Shown piece after piece: positions 26,663 to 37,698 of a stretch of DNA of 64,000 nucleotides. The stretch comes from an uncultured bacterium (GTDB lineage: Bacteria > Cyanobacteriota > Vampirovibrionia > Gastranaerophilales > Gastranaerophilaceae), in the NCBI GenBank assembly GCA_949284985.1, contig CASDWY010000013.1:12845-76844 (forward strand), in the 5' to 3' direction. The notes under the pieces were generated by a model. The model did not search any database. It was not told where the DNA came from and worked only from the letters and a program-made list of their open reading frames with translations. A program made the translations under genes and the position numbers. Positions within the stretch are counted from its first letter, which is position 1; every line of letters starts with the position of its first letter.

Positions 26663-27481
26663 ATGGAATACAGCAAAAAAGCAAATAAATCGCATGCGAT
26701 TTTGAAAGTAGGATTTTCATTGGCAGAAGTTTTATTGGCATTAACCATTATTGGTGTTATTGCAGCAATGACAATACCAACTTTAGTTACGAATATCCAA
26801 GAAAGAATTATAATAACAAGACTTCAGAAAGTATATGTAGAATTGGATAAAGCATATCAAGCAGCAGTGCTTACATATGGGAAACCGAGTCGTTGGGGGT
26901 TTACAACTAATTCTACAGCGGATAAGGATACCGGAAACCATAACTTAGAGGATGTTTTTTGGGAAAGAATGCTTCCGTTTATGAAATATGTATCTTATGA
27001 CCCTTCGGCAAATCAAGCTTTGGAAGGAAAAAAATGGAATATTTATCATTTATGGGACAAAACACTTGCTCCAAATAGATTTTTACCTTCGGTCCAAATG
27101 GAAGATGGGGTTTATTTTGCTCCATTTTGGACGGTTTCATTGAACTGTAAGAGTGGAAATTTTAGCAATGAGGCAAATGCTTGTGGTACATTTGCGGTTG
27201 ATCTTAATGGGATTAGTGGTCCAAATGTTGAGGGACGCGATGTTTTTCATTTTATTTTAACTCAAGATGGAATTGTCCCAACTGGTGATAGAAAAACAGG
27301 GAATAAAGAACTTAATTTCAAAGAATATTGTGTGAAACCTGATAAAAAACCTCAAGGACGTGGGTGTACTGCATGGGTAATTTATAATTCAAATATGGAT
27401 TATTTAAGATGCGGATGTAAATTGAATGAGAATAATGAAGAGGAATGCTTGGGTTGGGATGAAAAATTAAAATGCGATTAA
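26663..27481 (+). CDS. Prepilin-type N-terminal cleavage/methylation domain protein (pilin/pseudopilin-like)
   Basis: GGAGG RBS. MEYSKKANKSHAILKVG|FSLAEVLLALTIIGVIAAMTIPTLV. Paralogue of 17290..18147. Confidence 0.8.
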   Translation: MEYSKKANKSHAILKVGFSLAEVLLALTIIGVIAAMTIPTLVTNIQERIIITRLQKVYVELDKAYQAAVLTYGKPSRWGFTTNSTADKDTGNHNLEDVFWERMLPFMKYVSYDPSANQALEGKKWNIYHLWDKTLAPNRFLPSVQMEDGVYFAPFWTVSLNCKSGNFSNEANACGTFAVDLNGISGPNVEGRDVFHFILTQDGIVPTGDRKTGNKELNFKEYCVKPDKKPQGRGCTAWVIYNSNMDYLRCGCKLNENNEEECLGWDEKLKCD

Positions 27482-27581
27482 TTTGGTTTTAATTGTGTTA
27501 AAATATTAACATTTTGGCAAAGTTTGGTTTTTTTATATTATAATGTCCTTAATAGACACGAAAAATAAATGGGGTATAAAA

Positions 27582-28427
27582 ATGGGATATGAAATTTTAA
27601 AAAAAGTAGAGCTTTGTCCAAATCAATATGAGTTGACGGTAAAAGCGCCATATATTACAAGAAATGCCAAGGCAGGGCAGTTTATTATTTTGCGAGTTGA
27701 AGAAGAAGGCGAAAGGGTGCCTCTGACAATAGCAGATTTTAATCGTGAAAAGGGTGAACTTACTATTGTATATATGGCTGTTGGATATACTACCAAGAAG
27801 CTTGCACAACTGGAAGTCGGGGATGAAATTGTTGATATAGTAGGACCTTTGGGACAGCCTACTCATATAGAAAAATATGGTACAGTTGTTTGTCTTGCCG
27901 GTGGATATGGTGCAGCGCCTTGTTATTTGATAGCAAAAGCGTTTAAAGATGCAGGCAATAAAGTATATATGATTATGGGTGCAAGAAATAAAGATTTGAT
28001 ATTTTGGAATGAAAAAATGAAAGATGCCTGCACAGAACTTTATATAACGACAGATGATGGATCTTTAGGCACAAAAGGTTTTGTGACAGGAGTTATGCAA
28101 GATATAATGAGCAGAGAAAAAATAGATTATGCTATAGCAGTAGGTCCAATGCCAATGATGCGTGCTGTTGCAGAGCTTACTCGAGGAAAAGGTATTAAAA
28201 CAGAAGCTAGCATGAATCCTATTATGGTAGATGGAACAGGTATGTGTGGTGCTTGTAGGGTTACTGTTGGCGGAGAGGTTAAGTTTGCGTGTGTAGATGG
28301 ACCTGATTTTGATGCGCACCAAATTGATTTTGATGAAGTAATTAATCGTACCAGAATATATAAAGATCAAGAGAAGAAGCGTTCGGAAAATTGTAATTTG
28401 TTGAAACAGGCCGAAGCTTTGAAATAA
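27582..28427 (+). CDS. Sulfide/dihydroorotate dehydrogenase-like FAD/NAD-binding [2Fe-2S] protein (NfnA/SudB/PyrK-like)
   Basis: MGYEILKKVEL...AGQFIILR...RVPLTIAD, GGYGAAP, C-terminal GMCGACRV...FACVDGP cluster motif. An alternative start exists at 27543. Confidence 0.7.
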   Translation: MGYEILKKVELCPNQYELTVKAPYITRNAKAGQFIILRVEEEGERVPLTIADFNREKGELTIVYMAVGYTTKKLAQLEVGDEIVDIVGPLGQPTHIEKYGTVVCLAGGYGAAPCYLIAKAFKDAGNKVYMIMGARNKDLIFWNEKMKDACTELYITTDDGSLGTKGFVTGVMQDIMSREKIDYAIAVGPMPMMRAVAELTRGKGIKTEASMNPIMVDGTGMCGACRVTVGGEVKFACVDGPDFDAHQIDFDEVINRTRIYKDQEKKRSENCNLLKQAEALK

Positions 28428-28447
28428 AAGATAAAGAAGGTGAAATT

Positions 28448-29906
<1,459 letters not shown>

Positions 29907-29964
29907 TATAAAAGATTAAATTATCCAAGAGTAAAATGTTGCTGTTTACATTGAAAGGTGGAGT

Positions 29965-30924
29965 ATGAAAGCGGTTGTTTTTGATGAAAATTTAAAGTTG
30001 GTAAAGGATTATAAAAAACCATCTGCTAAGTCAAGAGAAGCTTTGATTAGGGTTTTGGTTGCAGGGATCTGCAATACTGATTTTGAAATAACTAAAGGGT
30101 ATATGGGATATAAAGGTGTTCTCGGGCATGAGTTTGTTGGTATTGTAGAAGATGTAAACGATGAGGATAAATCACTTTTGGGGAAACGTGTAGTTGGCGA
30201 GATTAATTGTGGTTGCGGAGTATGTGAATGGTGCCAAAAGGGTTTATCGAGACATTGCTTTGATCGGGAAACTCTTGGAATTTGGAAAAAAGACGGTTGC
30301 ATGGCAGAGTTTGTGACAATGCCTGTGAAAAATTTGTTAATCGTGCCTGATAGTGTTAGTGATGAGGAAGCAGTAATGGTTGAACCATTAGCTGCGGCTC
30401 TTGAAATACTTGAACAATTACACATTCGTCCGGACCAAAAGGTTTTGGTTCTTGGTGATGGAAAACTTGGGCTTACAATTGCTCTGGCGCTTAATGCTGC
30501 CGGATTAGACGTTACTCAAGTTGGGAAACATCAAAATAAACTTGATGTTACTTGTAATCAGGGAGTTAAAACTTTATTATTACAGGATTTAACTATTAGT
30601 AAAACGTGGGATGTTGTTGTAGAAGCAACGGGTTCGATAAATGGGTTTGAAACTGCACTTGCTCTTACTCGTCCAAGAGGGGTTTTAGTTTTGAAAAGCA
30701 CTGTAGCTAGTGGAAAAGAATTTAATTTTGCACCTATTGTTATAGATGAAATTACTGTTTTGGGTTCAAGATGTGGGCAGTTTCAGCCGGCATTAAGATT
30801 GTTGGAGCAACGTAGAATTAATTTAAAACCACTTATTACTAATGTGTTTAGTGTGGAGGATGCTATAAAAGCATTTGAAAAAAATAAAGATAAATCAAGT
30901 ATAAAGGTTTTGATAAAGTTTTAG
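29965..30924 (+). CDS. Zn-dependent alcohol dehydrogenase family (MDR) oxidoreductase
   Basis: GHEFVG catalytic Zn motif, structural Zn CGCGVCEWCQKGLSRHC, GDGKLG Rossmann motif. Confidence 0.8.
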   Translation: MKAVVFDENLKLVKDYKKPSAKSREALIRVLVAGICNTDFEITKGYMGYKGVLGHEFVGIVEDVNDEDKSLLGKRVVGEINCGCGVCEWCQKGLSRHCFDRETLGIWKKDGCMAEFVTMPVKNLLIVPDSVSDEEAVMVEPLAAALEILEQLHIRPDQKVLVLGDGKLGLTIALALNAAGLDVTQVGKHQNKLDVTCNQGVKTLLLQDLTISKTWDVVVEATGSINGFETALALTRPRGVLVLKSTVASGKEFNFAPIVIDEITVLGSRCGQFQPALRLLEQRRINLKPLITNVFSVEDAIKAFEKNKDKSSIKVLIKF

Positions 30925-30931
30925 GTAAGAA

Positions 30932-31981
30932 ATGAAGCATAAGCGAAAAACTATAATTGGGCTAGTAGTTTCGGCATTATTTTTAATATTGATTTTTTAC
31001 AATGTTGATTGTAAGGAAATTATTTCTACCTTTAGGGATTTTAATTTAAAGAATCTTAGTGCAATAGTTGCAATGTTTGCATTTACAATGATTATTCGAG
31101 CATATAGATGGTCACTTTTACTTCAAGCAGACAAAAGGTTTTCCTTTTACAGTTTGACATCCTCATGGGTAATAGGTAATTTAATGAATGCGTTTTTGCC
31201 TGCAAGAGCTGGGGATATTTGGCGCGCATATAAAGTTGGTGGTGATGTAAAAGAAAGTAAGATGAAGCTTTTTGGAAGTATTATGTTAGAAAGAATTTTG
31301 GATGGTGTAAGTGTATGTTTTATATTGTATTTTTGTATTGTCACTTATGCTAATCTGACTTGGTTGAGGCATTTAGCAGATATTTCCGCATTACTTTTTG
31401 GTGGCAGTTTGATTGGAGTATATTTGATAGTTCGCTTTAATAAAATTTCTGATATTTGTGAACTTCTTGAGACATTGTCGTATAAAATGCCAGAAATTAT
31501 AAAAGAATGGGTTCATAATATTGTTTTGAGTATTTGTCATCACGTTAAGCTTTTTGTTAGCGGATTTGAGGTTTTGAAGTCAAATTATTATGTTTTTCAA
31601 TCAGTATTGATGAGTTTTGCAATATGGGTTGTAGAGTGTTTGATTACTTATTGGGTTATTATTTCTTTTGGGACTAAATATCCTATTTCAGCTGCAATGT
31701 TTGTTATTTGCTTTGTTGCGTTGGGTTCAATGTTGCCGTCAAGTTCGATTTTTGTTGGACCTTATCAGTATGCATATATTTTGGCTTTAGGTATATATTT
31801 TGTACCCAAATCAGAAGCTTTGGCAATAGCGTTTGTTCATCAGTCGATATTGATGGGCGCTTTGATTGTTTTTTCCGCAGTATGCTGTTTAATTAATTTT
31901 ATGGGTTTGTTTCGTCATTCGAAAGTACAGGCAGTGGAAGATAGTTTACCTCAAGAAGTTTTGCAAGAGACTCATACATAG
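30932..31981 (+). CDS. UPF0104 / lysylphosphatidylglycerol-synthase-TM-like ('flippase-like') membrane protein
   Basis: 349 aa, polytopic. N-terminal pattern ...MIIRAYRWSLLL is typical of this family. Confidence 0.55.
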   Translation: MKHKRKTIIGLVVSALFLILIFYNVDCKEIISTFRDFNLKNLSAIVAMFAFTMIIRAYRWSLLLQADKRFSFYSLTSSWVIGNLMNAFLPARAGDIWRAYKVGGDVKESKMKLFGSIMLERILDGVSVCFILYFCIVTYANLTWLRHLADISALLFGGSLIGVYLIVRFNKISDICELLETLSYKMPEIIKEWVHNIVLSICHHVKLFVSGFEVLKSNYYVFQSVLMSFAIWVVECLITYWVIISFGTKYPISAAMFVICFVALGSMLPSSSIFVGPYQYAYILALGIYFVPKSEALAIAFVHQSILMGALIVFSAVCCLINFMGLFRHSKVQAVEDSLPQEVLQETHT

Positions 31982-32774
31982 TTTGCATTCTGTTGGAAAA
32001 ATAAATTTTTTGATAAATTGAGTTAAATTCGAAGCATTTTAAATTTTCCGCATATATTGCTATTAATATGGTATTATCAAAAAAAGATATTGCATATTTG
32101 TCTGAGTTAAAAACATCTTTTATACTATTAAACCATTTTGATAGCTCTGGTGTAGTAATTTTTTCTGCTTCCGAAGAGTTTGATGAAAAAATATTTAAAG
32201 TTTTAGATTCGACTCTGTTTAAGTCGACAAATTTAGAGGTATTAAGATTGTTGATTATTATAGTGTGTGATTGAAAATAGTGATTTGTGAGAACATATGA
32301 AATAATTCCGGTAAAATTTATGGATTTTTTTTCTGTTTTTTTATCAATTATGTTTAATTTGCATATTGTAATTGTAGTTTTTTGTCCGTTTACAACACCA
32401 TAAAATGAGCTTTTAGCTTCATTAGTGTTAAAGGTGAAGAGTTTTGATTTTGCAAGTTTATAATCGGGGATATGTTCGTCTTCTACGTAATTAAAATTAT
32501 CAAAATATGACATAAAAATATGCATTACTTTTTTTTGAATGCTAAGTTTATATTTTTCAGTAATAAGCAGGTAAGGTAAAAGTGCAGTAAATATTAACGG
32601 ACCAAATGTTTTGCTGTCAATATTTATATGAATGGCTAAAATATAGCATATTGCTGCAAAAAGAATTGAAATAAAAAAAGCCCAAAACAGTGTTTTTTTT
32701 CTTTTACTTTCGAGTATTGCAAGCTTAGGTATTAAGTCATTTTTGTAAAAATTGTTGAGTTTTTCGAGGTTCAT
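31899..32774 (-). CDS. Membrane protein, DUF3137-like
   Basis: 291 aa. N-terminal helix plus two TM segments, then a globular domain. The architecture recalls DUF3137, from memory only. Confidence 0.35.
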   Translation of the reverse strand: MNLEKLNNFYKNDLIPKLAILESKRKKTLFWAFFISILFAAICYILAIHINIDSKTFGPLIFTALLPYLLITEKYKLSIQKKVMHIFMSYFDNFNYVEDEHIPDYKLAKSKLFTFNTNEAKSSFYGVVNGQKTTITICKLNIIDKKTEKKSINFTGIISYVLTNHYFQSHTIIINNLNTSKFVDLNRVESKTLNIFSSNSSEAEKITTPELSKWFNSIKDVFNSDKYAISFFDNTILIAIYAENLKCFEFNSIYQKIYFSNRMQTMYESLAKLLEVNYLPLPVLSNDETNP

Positions 32775-32832
32775 ATTTTTATATTATAACATAAACGTTG
32801 AAGATCTGTCTAATTTGTTTTAAAATTTGGGA

Positions 32833-33972
32833 ATGGAAAGACAAATTATTATAAAATCACTCAATCCTTCTTATGTCAGAGAGGAGTTAGAAAATATTGG
32901 TTTTGACAGCTCATATTTGCCACATGCGGTGGAAAAAAATGATACAAAAACTTTAAAAATTTTAAATCTTTTACCGCAAGAGGCGTCGATACTTAAGCAA
33001 AGTGCCCTTGCTCTTGGCTTTGATGCTGCTGTTAGCAGAGGGGTTTTAGATTGTAGTGTTGAAACTTCAGATGCTATTTTAACTGGGTCTGTAGTTCAGT
33101 TAAAAAAGCTTTCAGAGTCTTTATTAGTGCAACCGTTTAAAATGAAACAGGTTGGCTCGCTTATAAAGAGCAATATTGAAAAAACGTGTATGCCAATGGA
33201 CATTAATGGACTTGTTTTTGATTGGAGTCGACCATATATAATGGGAATTTTAAATATTACCCCGGATTCTTTTTCTGATGGCGGAAAATATTTTTCTGTG
33301 GAAGCTGCTGTCGAGCATTATAATGAGATGATTATGGACGGTGCTGATATAATTGATATAGGTGCAGAGTCTACTCGTCCGGGGCATTGTGTAATTAGCT
33401 CGGAAGAAGAAATTAAACGCCTTAAACCTATTTTAAAAGAGTTGAGATTACAAAATTCACAAATACCTATTTCTGTTGATACTCGTAATGTTAAAACTGC
33501 ACAAATGGCTGTTGATATGGGTGCAAATATTATTAATGATGTAGGTTTTGGTTCGACTAATTTTGATATGATTGAATTTGTCAATGCAAATGCTGTTCCA
33601 TATATTTATATGCACAATGAAATACCATTAGAACCGATGATTGATAGTATTTATACAAAAATTTTAGAGGTTTTGGCCAAAATTAACACAGCTGCTATTG
33701 TAGATTTAGGGATTGGTTTTGGTAAAAACATTGAGCAATGTTATAAACTTATAAGTAGAGCGGAGGAATTTAAATCTTTAAAAGTGCCAATTATGGTTGG
33801 TCATTCAAGAAAATCTTTTTTATCTAAGGCTTTTGACTATAATATTGATGAGTTGAATGAGGCAACTCTTGTTTTGTCTGCAAAATTGGTTATGTCTGGG
33901 ATTAATATTTTAAGAGTTCACGATGTATTGAGCCATAAGCGGATGATAAGGTTGTTGGATAAATTATATTAA
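32833..33972 (+). CDS. folP: Dihydropteroate synthase with ~135-aa N-terminal extension
   Basis: Pterin-binding domain starts at MGILNITPDSFSDGG; also DIGAESTRPG, INDV, GHSRKSF. The track ORF starts at TTG 32827. Confidence 0.85.
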   Translation: MERQIIIKSLNPSYVREELENIGFDSSYLPHAVEKNDTKTLKILNLLPQEASILKQSALALGFDAAVSRGVLDCSVETSDAILTGSVVQLKKLSESLLVQPFKMKQVGSLIKSNIEKTCMPMDINGLVFDWSRPYIMGILNITPDSFSDGGKYFSVEAAVEHYNEMIMDGADIIDIGAESTRPGHCVISSEEEIKRLKPILKELRLQNSQIPISVDTRNVKTAQMAVDMGANIINDVGFGSTNFDMIEFVNANAVPYIYMHNEIPLEPMIDSIYTKILEVLAKINTAAIVDLGIGFGKNIEQCYKLISRAEEFKSLKVPIMVGHSRKSFLSKAFDYNIDELNEATLVLSAKLVMSGINILRVHDVLSHKRMIRLLDKLY

Positions 33973-34053
33973 TATTTTACTTTTGGTTGTAGTTTGTTTA
34001 ATTTTACAATATATTATTGAAGTTTATACAGGTATTTGTTATAAAATTTGAGT

Positions 34054-34602
34054 ATGAAAGTTAGTATATTTAATATTTTTATATTATTTTTCAAAGTTGG
34101 TGCTTTGTTGTTAGGCGGAGGATATGTAATAGTCCCATTGCTTGTTTCAGAGGTTGTAGAAAAACGTCAATGGATAAGCAAAGATGAACTTTTAAACTAT
34201 TGTGCGATAAGTCAGTGTTTACCAGGGATTATTGCAGTAAATACGGCAGTATTTACCGGATATAAACTTAGGGGAAAATACGGAGCGCTAGCTGCGGCGG
34301 TTGGAATGTGCGCAACTCCTTTTATTGCTATAGTTTGTTTAGCTTCTATTTTAGGACAGTTGACTCATATGCCGATGGTAAAAAATATTTTTTGGGGTGT
34401 TGGAATTGGTATAATAATTATGATTTTTTTAACAGTTAAAGAACTTTGGGCAAAAAGTGTAGTAGATAAATTTACGCTGTTATTGTTTATTTTGATTTTT
34501 GCTGCGACAGCATTTTTTAATTTTTCCCCTGTGCTGTCAATTATATTTGCAGCTGTGTTAGGAATTTTGTATAAGCTTATGCAAAAAAGGATGGGGAAAT
34601 GA
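34054..34602 (+). CDS. chrA: Chromate transporter family protein (short CHR, first half)
   Basis: FFKVGALLLGGGYVIVPLL, a CHR motif. Overlaps the second-half gene by 4 nt. Confidence 0.8.
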   Translation: MKVSIFNIFILFFKVGALLLGGGYVIVPLLVSEVVEKRQWISKDELLNYCAISQCLPGIIAVNTAVFTGYKLRGKYGALAAAVGMCATPFIAIVCLASILGQLTHMPMVKNIFWGVGIGIIIMIFLTVKELWAKSVVDKFTLLLFILIFAATAFFNFSPVLSIIFAAVLGILYKLMQKRMGK

Positions 34603-35174
34603 TAAATTATCTTTTGTTAATGTATGAGTTTATAAAAGTGGGGCTTTTTTCCGTTGGCGGAGGGTATGCTACTTTACCGTTTTTGTATCATATTGCGGAA
34701 GTGTATAATTGGTATTCTGCTAAAGAATTAGTTGATATGCTTGCAGTGTCGAGCATTACTCCGGGGCCTGTTGGGATAAATGTGGCGACCTTTGCTGGGT
34801 TTAAAACGGGGGGATTACTTGGGGCTTTAATTGCTACTGCTTCAGTGATGCTTCCTTCTTACCTTTTGGTTATTGTAATCTATAAACTTTTAAATAGGTT
34901 TAATGAAAATTTTTATGTGCAGGCTGTTTTATATGCGATTAAACCTGCAGGTTGTGCTTTAATTGCAGCAGTTGCTGTTCGATTGTTTAGAGATTATATT
35001 TTAAGAAATGTTGATGTTTTTAATATTTACGATATTACAGCATTTGTTGATATAAAAGCATTGTTGCTTCTTGTTGGCTTGTTTATAATGAGTATAAAAA
35101 TAAAAAAAGATCCGCTTGTATATCTTGGTGTGGCAGCTTTGTTTGGAATTATTTTACATTTAAACTTTTCATAA
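34599..35174 (+). CDS. chrA: Chromate transporter family protein (short CHR, second half)
   Basis: FIKVGLFSVGGGYATLPFL, SSITPGPVGINVATFAG. Confidence 0.8.
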   Translation: MINYLLLMYEFIKVGLFSVGGGYATLPFLYHIAEVYNWYSAKELVDMLAVSSITPGPVGINVATFAGFKTGGLLGALIATASVMLPSYLLVIVIYKLLNRFNENFYVQAVLYAIKPAGCALIAAVAVRLFRDYILRNVDVFNIYDITAFVDIKALLLLVGLFIMSIKIKKDPLVYLGVAALFGIILHLNFS

Positions 35175-35297
35175 AAAAAAACCGACTGAACGCCGGTTAA
35201 GTTTACCACATATTAGAGAGAGGAATTAGAGAGAAATTTAAAAAAACTTTTTTTATGCCTCTATTATACATGTACCCAATTTTCAAAAATTATAACA
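35172..35297 (-). ncRNA. Candidate small RNA with tandem CU-rich motifs and minus-sense terminator
   Basis: Minus sense has TGTTATAAT (extended -10) and a second TATAAT. These are followed by uuucucucuaauuccucucucuaau, then an aaccg-N9-cggtt hairpin and a U9 run. No ORF. Confidence 0.3.
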
Positions 35298-35401
35298 AAT
35301 TTTTGTTATTATTTTACATATCTTAATAAAGATAAATAAAAAAATGGATTATATTGCGCTTTTAAGGCTTTTTTGTTTTAATTTTTAAAAAGTGTTGGGC
35401 A

Positions 35402-35986
35402 ATGAAAATAAAAATACTTAATGAGTTAAATGATTTTAATTTAATTTATTCTGATATGCAGAAGCAATTTCCTGTATATGAAATGAAATCTAAAGAATGG
35501 TTTATCGGTCATTTAGCTGGAAAAAAATATAAAGCTGCACTTTTTTTTAATGATGACTGTTTTGTTGGATATATTTTGTTTTATGTGGAAGGTTTTTTAT
35601 GGATTGACTATATTGCTGTTTTGAGTGCTTATCAGTCCAAAGGATATGGAACAGAAATGTTAAGAATTCTTTTTAGTAAGTATTCAGAGCTAAGGTGTGC
35701 TTATTTTGAAGTTGAAGTGAAAGATAGGGCTAAGCCTTATACTATAAAACGGCAAGAGTTTTATGAGAAGTTGGGCTGTGTTAATAGTGGAATTGAATAT
35801 TACTTCCCCGGCGATATTGAACCTTTACGAATGGATTTGTTTTATAAACCGCTTAGTGTTTTATCATGTGATAAAAAGAAAATTTTAGATGATATCGCAG
35901 TTGTTTTTAATAGTTTGCATTTAAAAGCTTGTAGTTTAGCTCAGGTTGTGAAAAAATTGGGTATTGATTATGAGGGTAGCGTTTGA
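35402..35986 (+). CDS. GNAT family N-acetyltransferase
   Basis: 194 aa. Acetyl-CoA motif YQSKGYGTEM (Q/RxxGxG). Confidence 0.6.
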   Translation: MKIKILNELNDFNLIYSDMQKQFPVYEMKSKEWFIGHLAGKKYKAALFFNDDCFVGYILFYVEGFLWIDYIAVLSAYQSKGYGTEMLRILFSKYSELRCAYFEVEVKDRAKPYTIKRQEFYEKLGCVNSGIEYYFPGDIEPLRMDLFYKPLSVLSCDKKKILDDIAVVFNSLHLKACSLAQVVKKLGIDYEGSV

Positions 35987-36641
35987 TATCCACAGGTTTA
36001 TTTTTGGGCATTTTTTCCTGGTCATTTTTTATAGTTATTGTTAGAAAATATTCTTGTTTTAAGTTATCACTTTCTTTTCTGAATCTTATTGTATTGCTGT
36101 TTCTTGCTAAAAAAATGCCTTTTATTGGGGTTCTTTGAACAGAGGTCGGTGAAAACCTATAGCCTGTAAAATCTTGTGCCGTATCATTAACAAGTAGGTA
36201 GGTTTCAGTTTTAAAAGGTTCTCGTTTTATTTTGTAAATTTGGTTTTCAAATTGAGAGATCGGAATTACTTTAATATCTTTGAACAATGTTTGAACTTGA
36301 TTTGGGGACATCTCTTGAGGCAAAAATGTTGAATTGTCATAATTTAGTGCATAGAATTTTAATGTATTATTATCTACAGTTGCAAACTGGTTATTTGATA
36401 TAAAATTAAAGTCAGATTTTAATGTAAATGCGAGTTTTTGGTTAATGTAGTATTTATAATCTCTTTTTGTAATTTTAATTTTATCTTTAGTTTTTGGGGT
36501 AATTGACCAAAGGTTTAATGAAGGAGAATAATACAAAGTTGAATTATTTGTTACAGGTATAATATTATCAGTTGCAAAAACAGGCTTGGTGGTTATTGCA
36601 GTAAAAAGGATTAAAACAAATAACATAATAATTTTTTTCAT
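35907..36641 (-). CDS. Secreted hypothetical protein
   Basis: 244 aa, signal peptide MKKIIMLFVLILFTAITTKPVFA. No domain recognised. Confidence 0.5.
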   Translation of the reverse strand: MKKIIMLFVLILFTAITTKPVFATDNIIPVTNNSTLYYSPSLNLWSITPKTKDKIKITKRDYKYYINQKLAFTLKSDFNFISNNQFATVDNNTLKFYALNYDNSTFLPQEMSPNQVQTLFKDIKVIPISQFENQIYKIKREPFKTETYLLVNDTAQDFTGYRFSPTSVQRTPIKGIFLARNSNTIRFRKESDNLKQEYFLTITIKNDQEKMPKNKPVDIKRYPHNQYPIFSQPELNYKLLNANY

Positions 36642-36650
36642 AGTATCTCC

Positions 36651-36675
36651 GAAAATGTAGTTTTATCAAAACTAC
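36651..36675 (-). terminator. Hairpin/terminator between the WG-repeat gene and the next gene
   Basis: gtagtttt-atc-aaaactac, 8-bp stem. Minus sense is followed by attttc. Confidence 0.4.
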
Positions 36676-36737
36676 TCAACATAAGATTATGATAGCATAA
36701 TGAAGATTTCCTTACAATTTTTTACAAATAACAATGG

Positions 36738-37634
36738 TTAGAGTCGTTTTTTAAGGTTAGATTTGACTTCATTTAAAGGTCCATTATTTGGATTTTTTAG
36801 TATAGTGTAATATTTTTTTGCATAAGTGAATGGGAATTTAGGTAGCCAGCCGAGTTTCATAAATATAGAAACAGTTTCTGCACCTTGTGAAAGCATTAGT
36901 TCGTCAATTGTTTCTTCATAAGCGGGAGAGATAGAAGCAATGAGTTTTAATAAATAGTCTGTTGCCGTAACAACTGAATATCCGGAGGCTATTCCTGTAT
37001 TTGTAAGAAGATAAGTTATTTTAAAAGAGTTGTCGTTTATTGTTATTTGTCGTTCGTTGTCAGGAAGTTCAATATCTTGATTTGCAACTTTTTCAATTTC
37101 AAACCAGTCCCCATCCGATTTTATTCGCAATATTTTAGGTGTTGGCATGTAGATATCTTCAAATTCGTTATCGAGAAGTTTATTTCCATTAAAATCTATA
37201 ATTCCGTATTTGTAATTTTTGCAAGTTACAAAAGCACCGCCAAGAAGCAATTCAATAGAAGAATACTCCGGTGGAATTATTGTGTTTCCGTTTTCATCGT
37301 AAATACCGTAATCTCTGTCGTTACCTAATTTTGCATATTTTCCAAGGACTCTGTCGGCATGTCTGTATTTTGGTTGAACTAACCAGTTTCCATCTGCACC
37401 CATAATGCCAAATCTGTTTTTATATTGAGTAATCCAAGCTTTATCACCTAATATAATCATTTTTTTGTATTCAGGTGGTGTAATTTGTTTCCCATCTTTT
37501 GTTTTTAGTCCAAATTTTCCGTCTTCGGAGTATACTTGAATTTCTATAGGGTTTATATCAGTTTCTAAAGACTGCGATAAAGCGCAGAGTTGAAAGCTTA
37601 AAATTGTTAGTAATATTATTGCTATCTTTTTCAT
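36738..37634 (-). CDS. WG-repeat (KWG-like) secreted protein
   Basis: Signal peptide. Repeated units GKFGLKTKDGKQITPPEYKKM, RFGIMGADGNWLVQPKY, YGIYDENGNTIIPPEYSSI, KYGIIDFNGNKLLDNEFEDI. Confidence 0.65.
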   Translation of the reverse strand: MKKIAIILLTILSFQLCALSQSLETDINPIEIQVYSEDGKFGLKTKDGKQITPPEYKKMIILGDKAWITQYKNRFGIMGADGNWLVQPKYRHADRVLGKYAKLGNDRDYGIYDENGNTIIPPEYSSIELLLGGAFVTCKNYKYGIIDFNGNKLLDNEFEDIYMPTPKILRIKSDGDWFEIEKVANQDIELPDNERQITINDNSFKITYLLTNTGIASGYSVVTATDYLLKLIASISPAYEETIDELMLSQGAETVSIFMKLGWLPKFPFTYAKKYYTILKNPNNGPLNEVKSNLKKRL

Positions 37635-37698
37635 AATAAAATATTAACATAAAATCAATTATGTTATAATTTCTTTGTAAAGTATTTGGGGAAAATTA

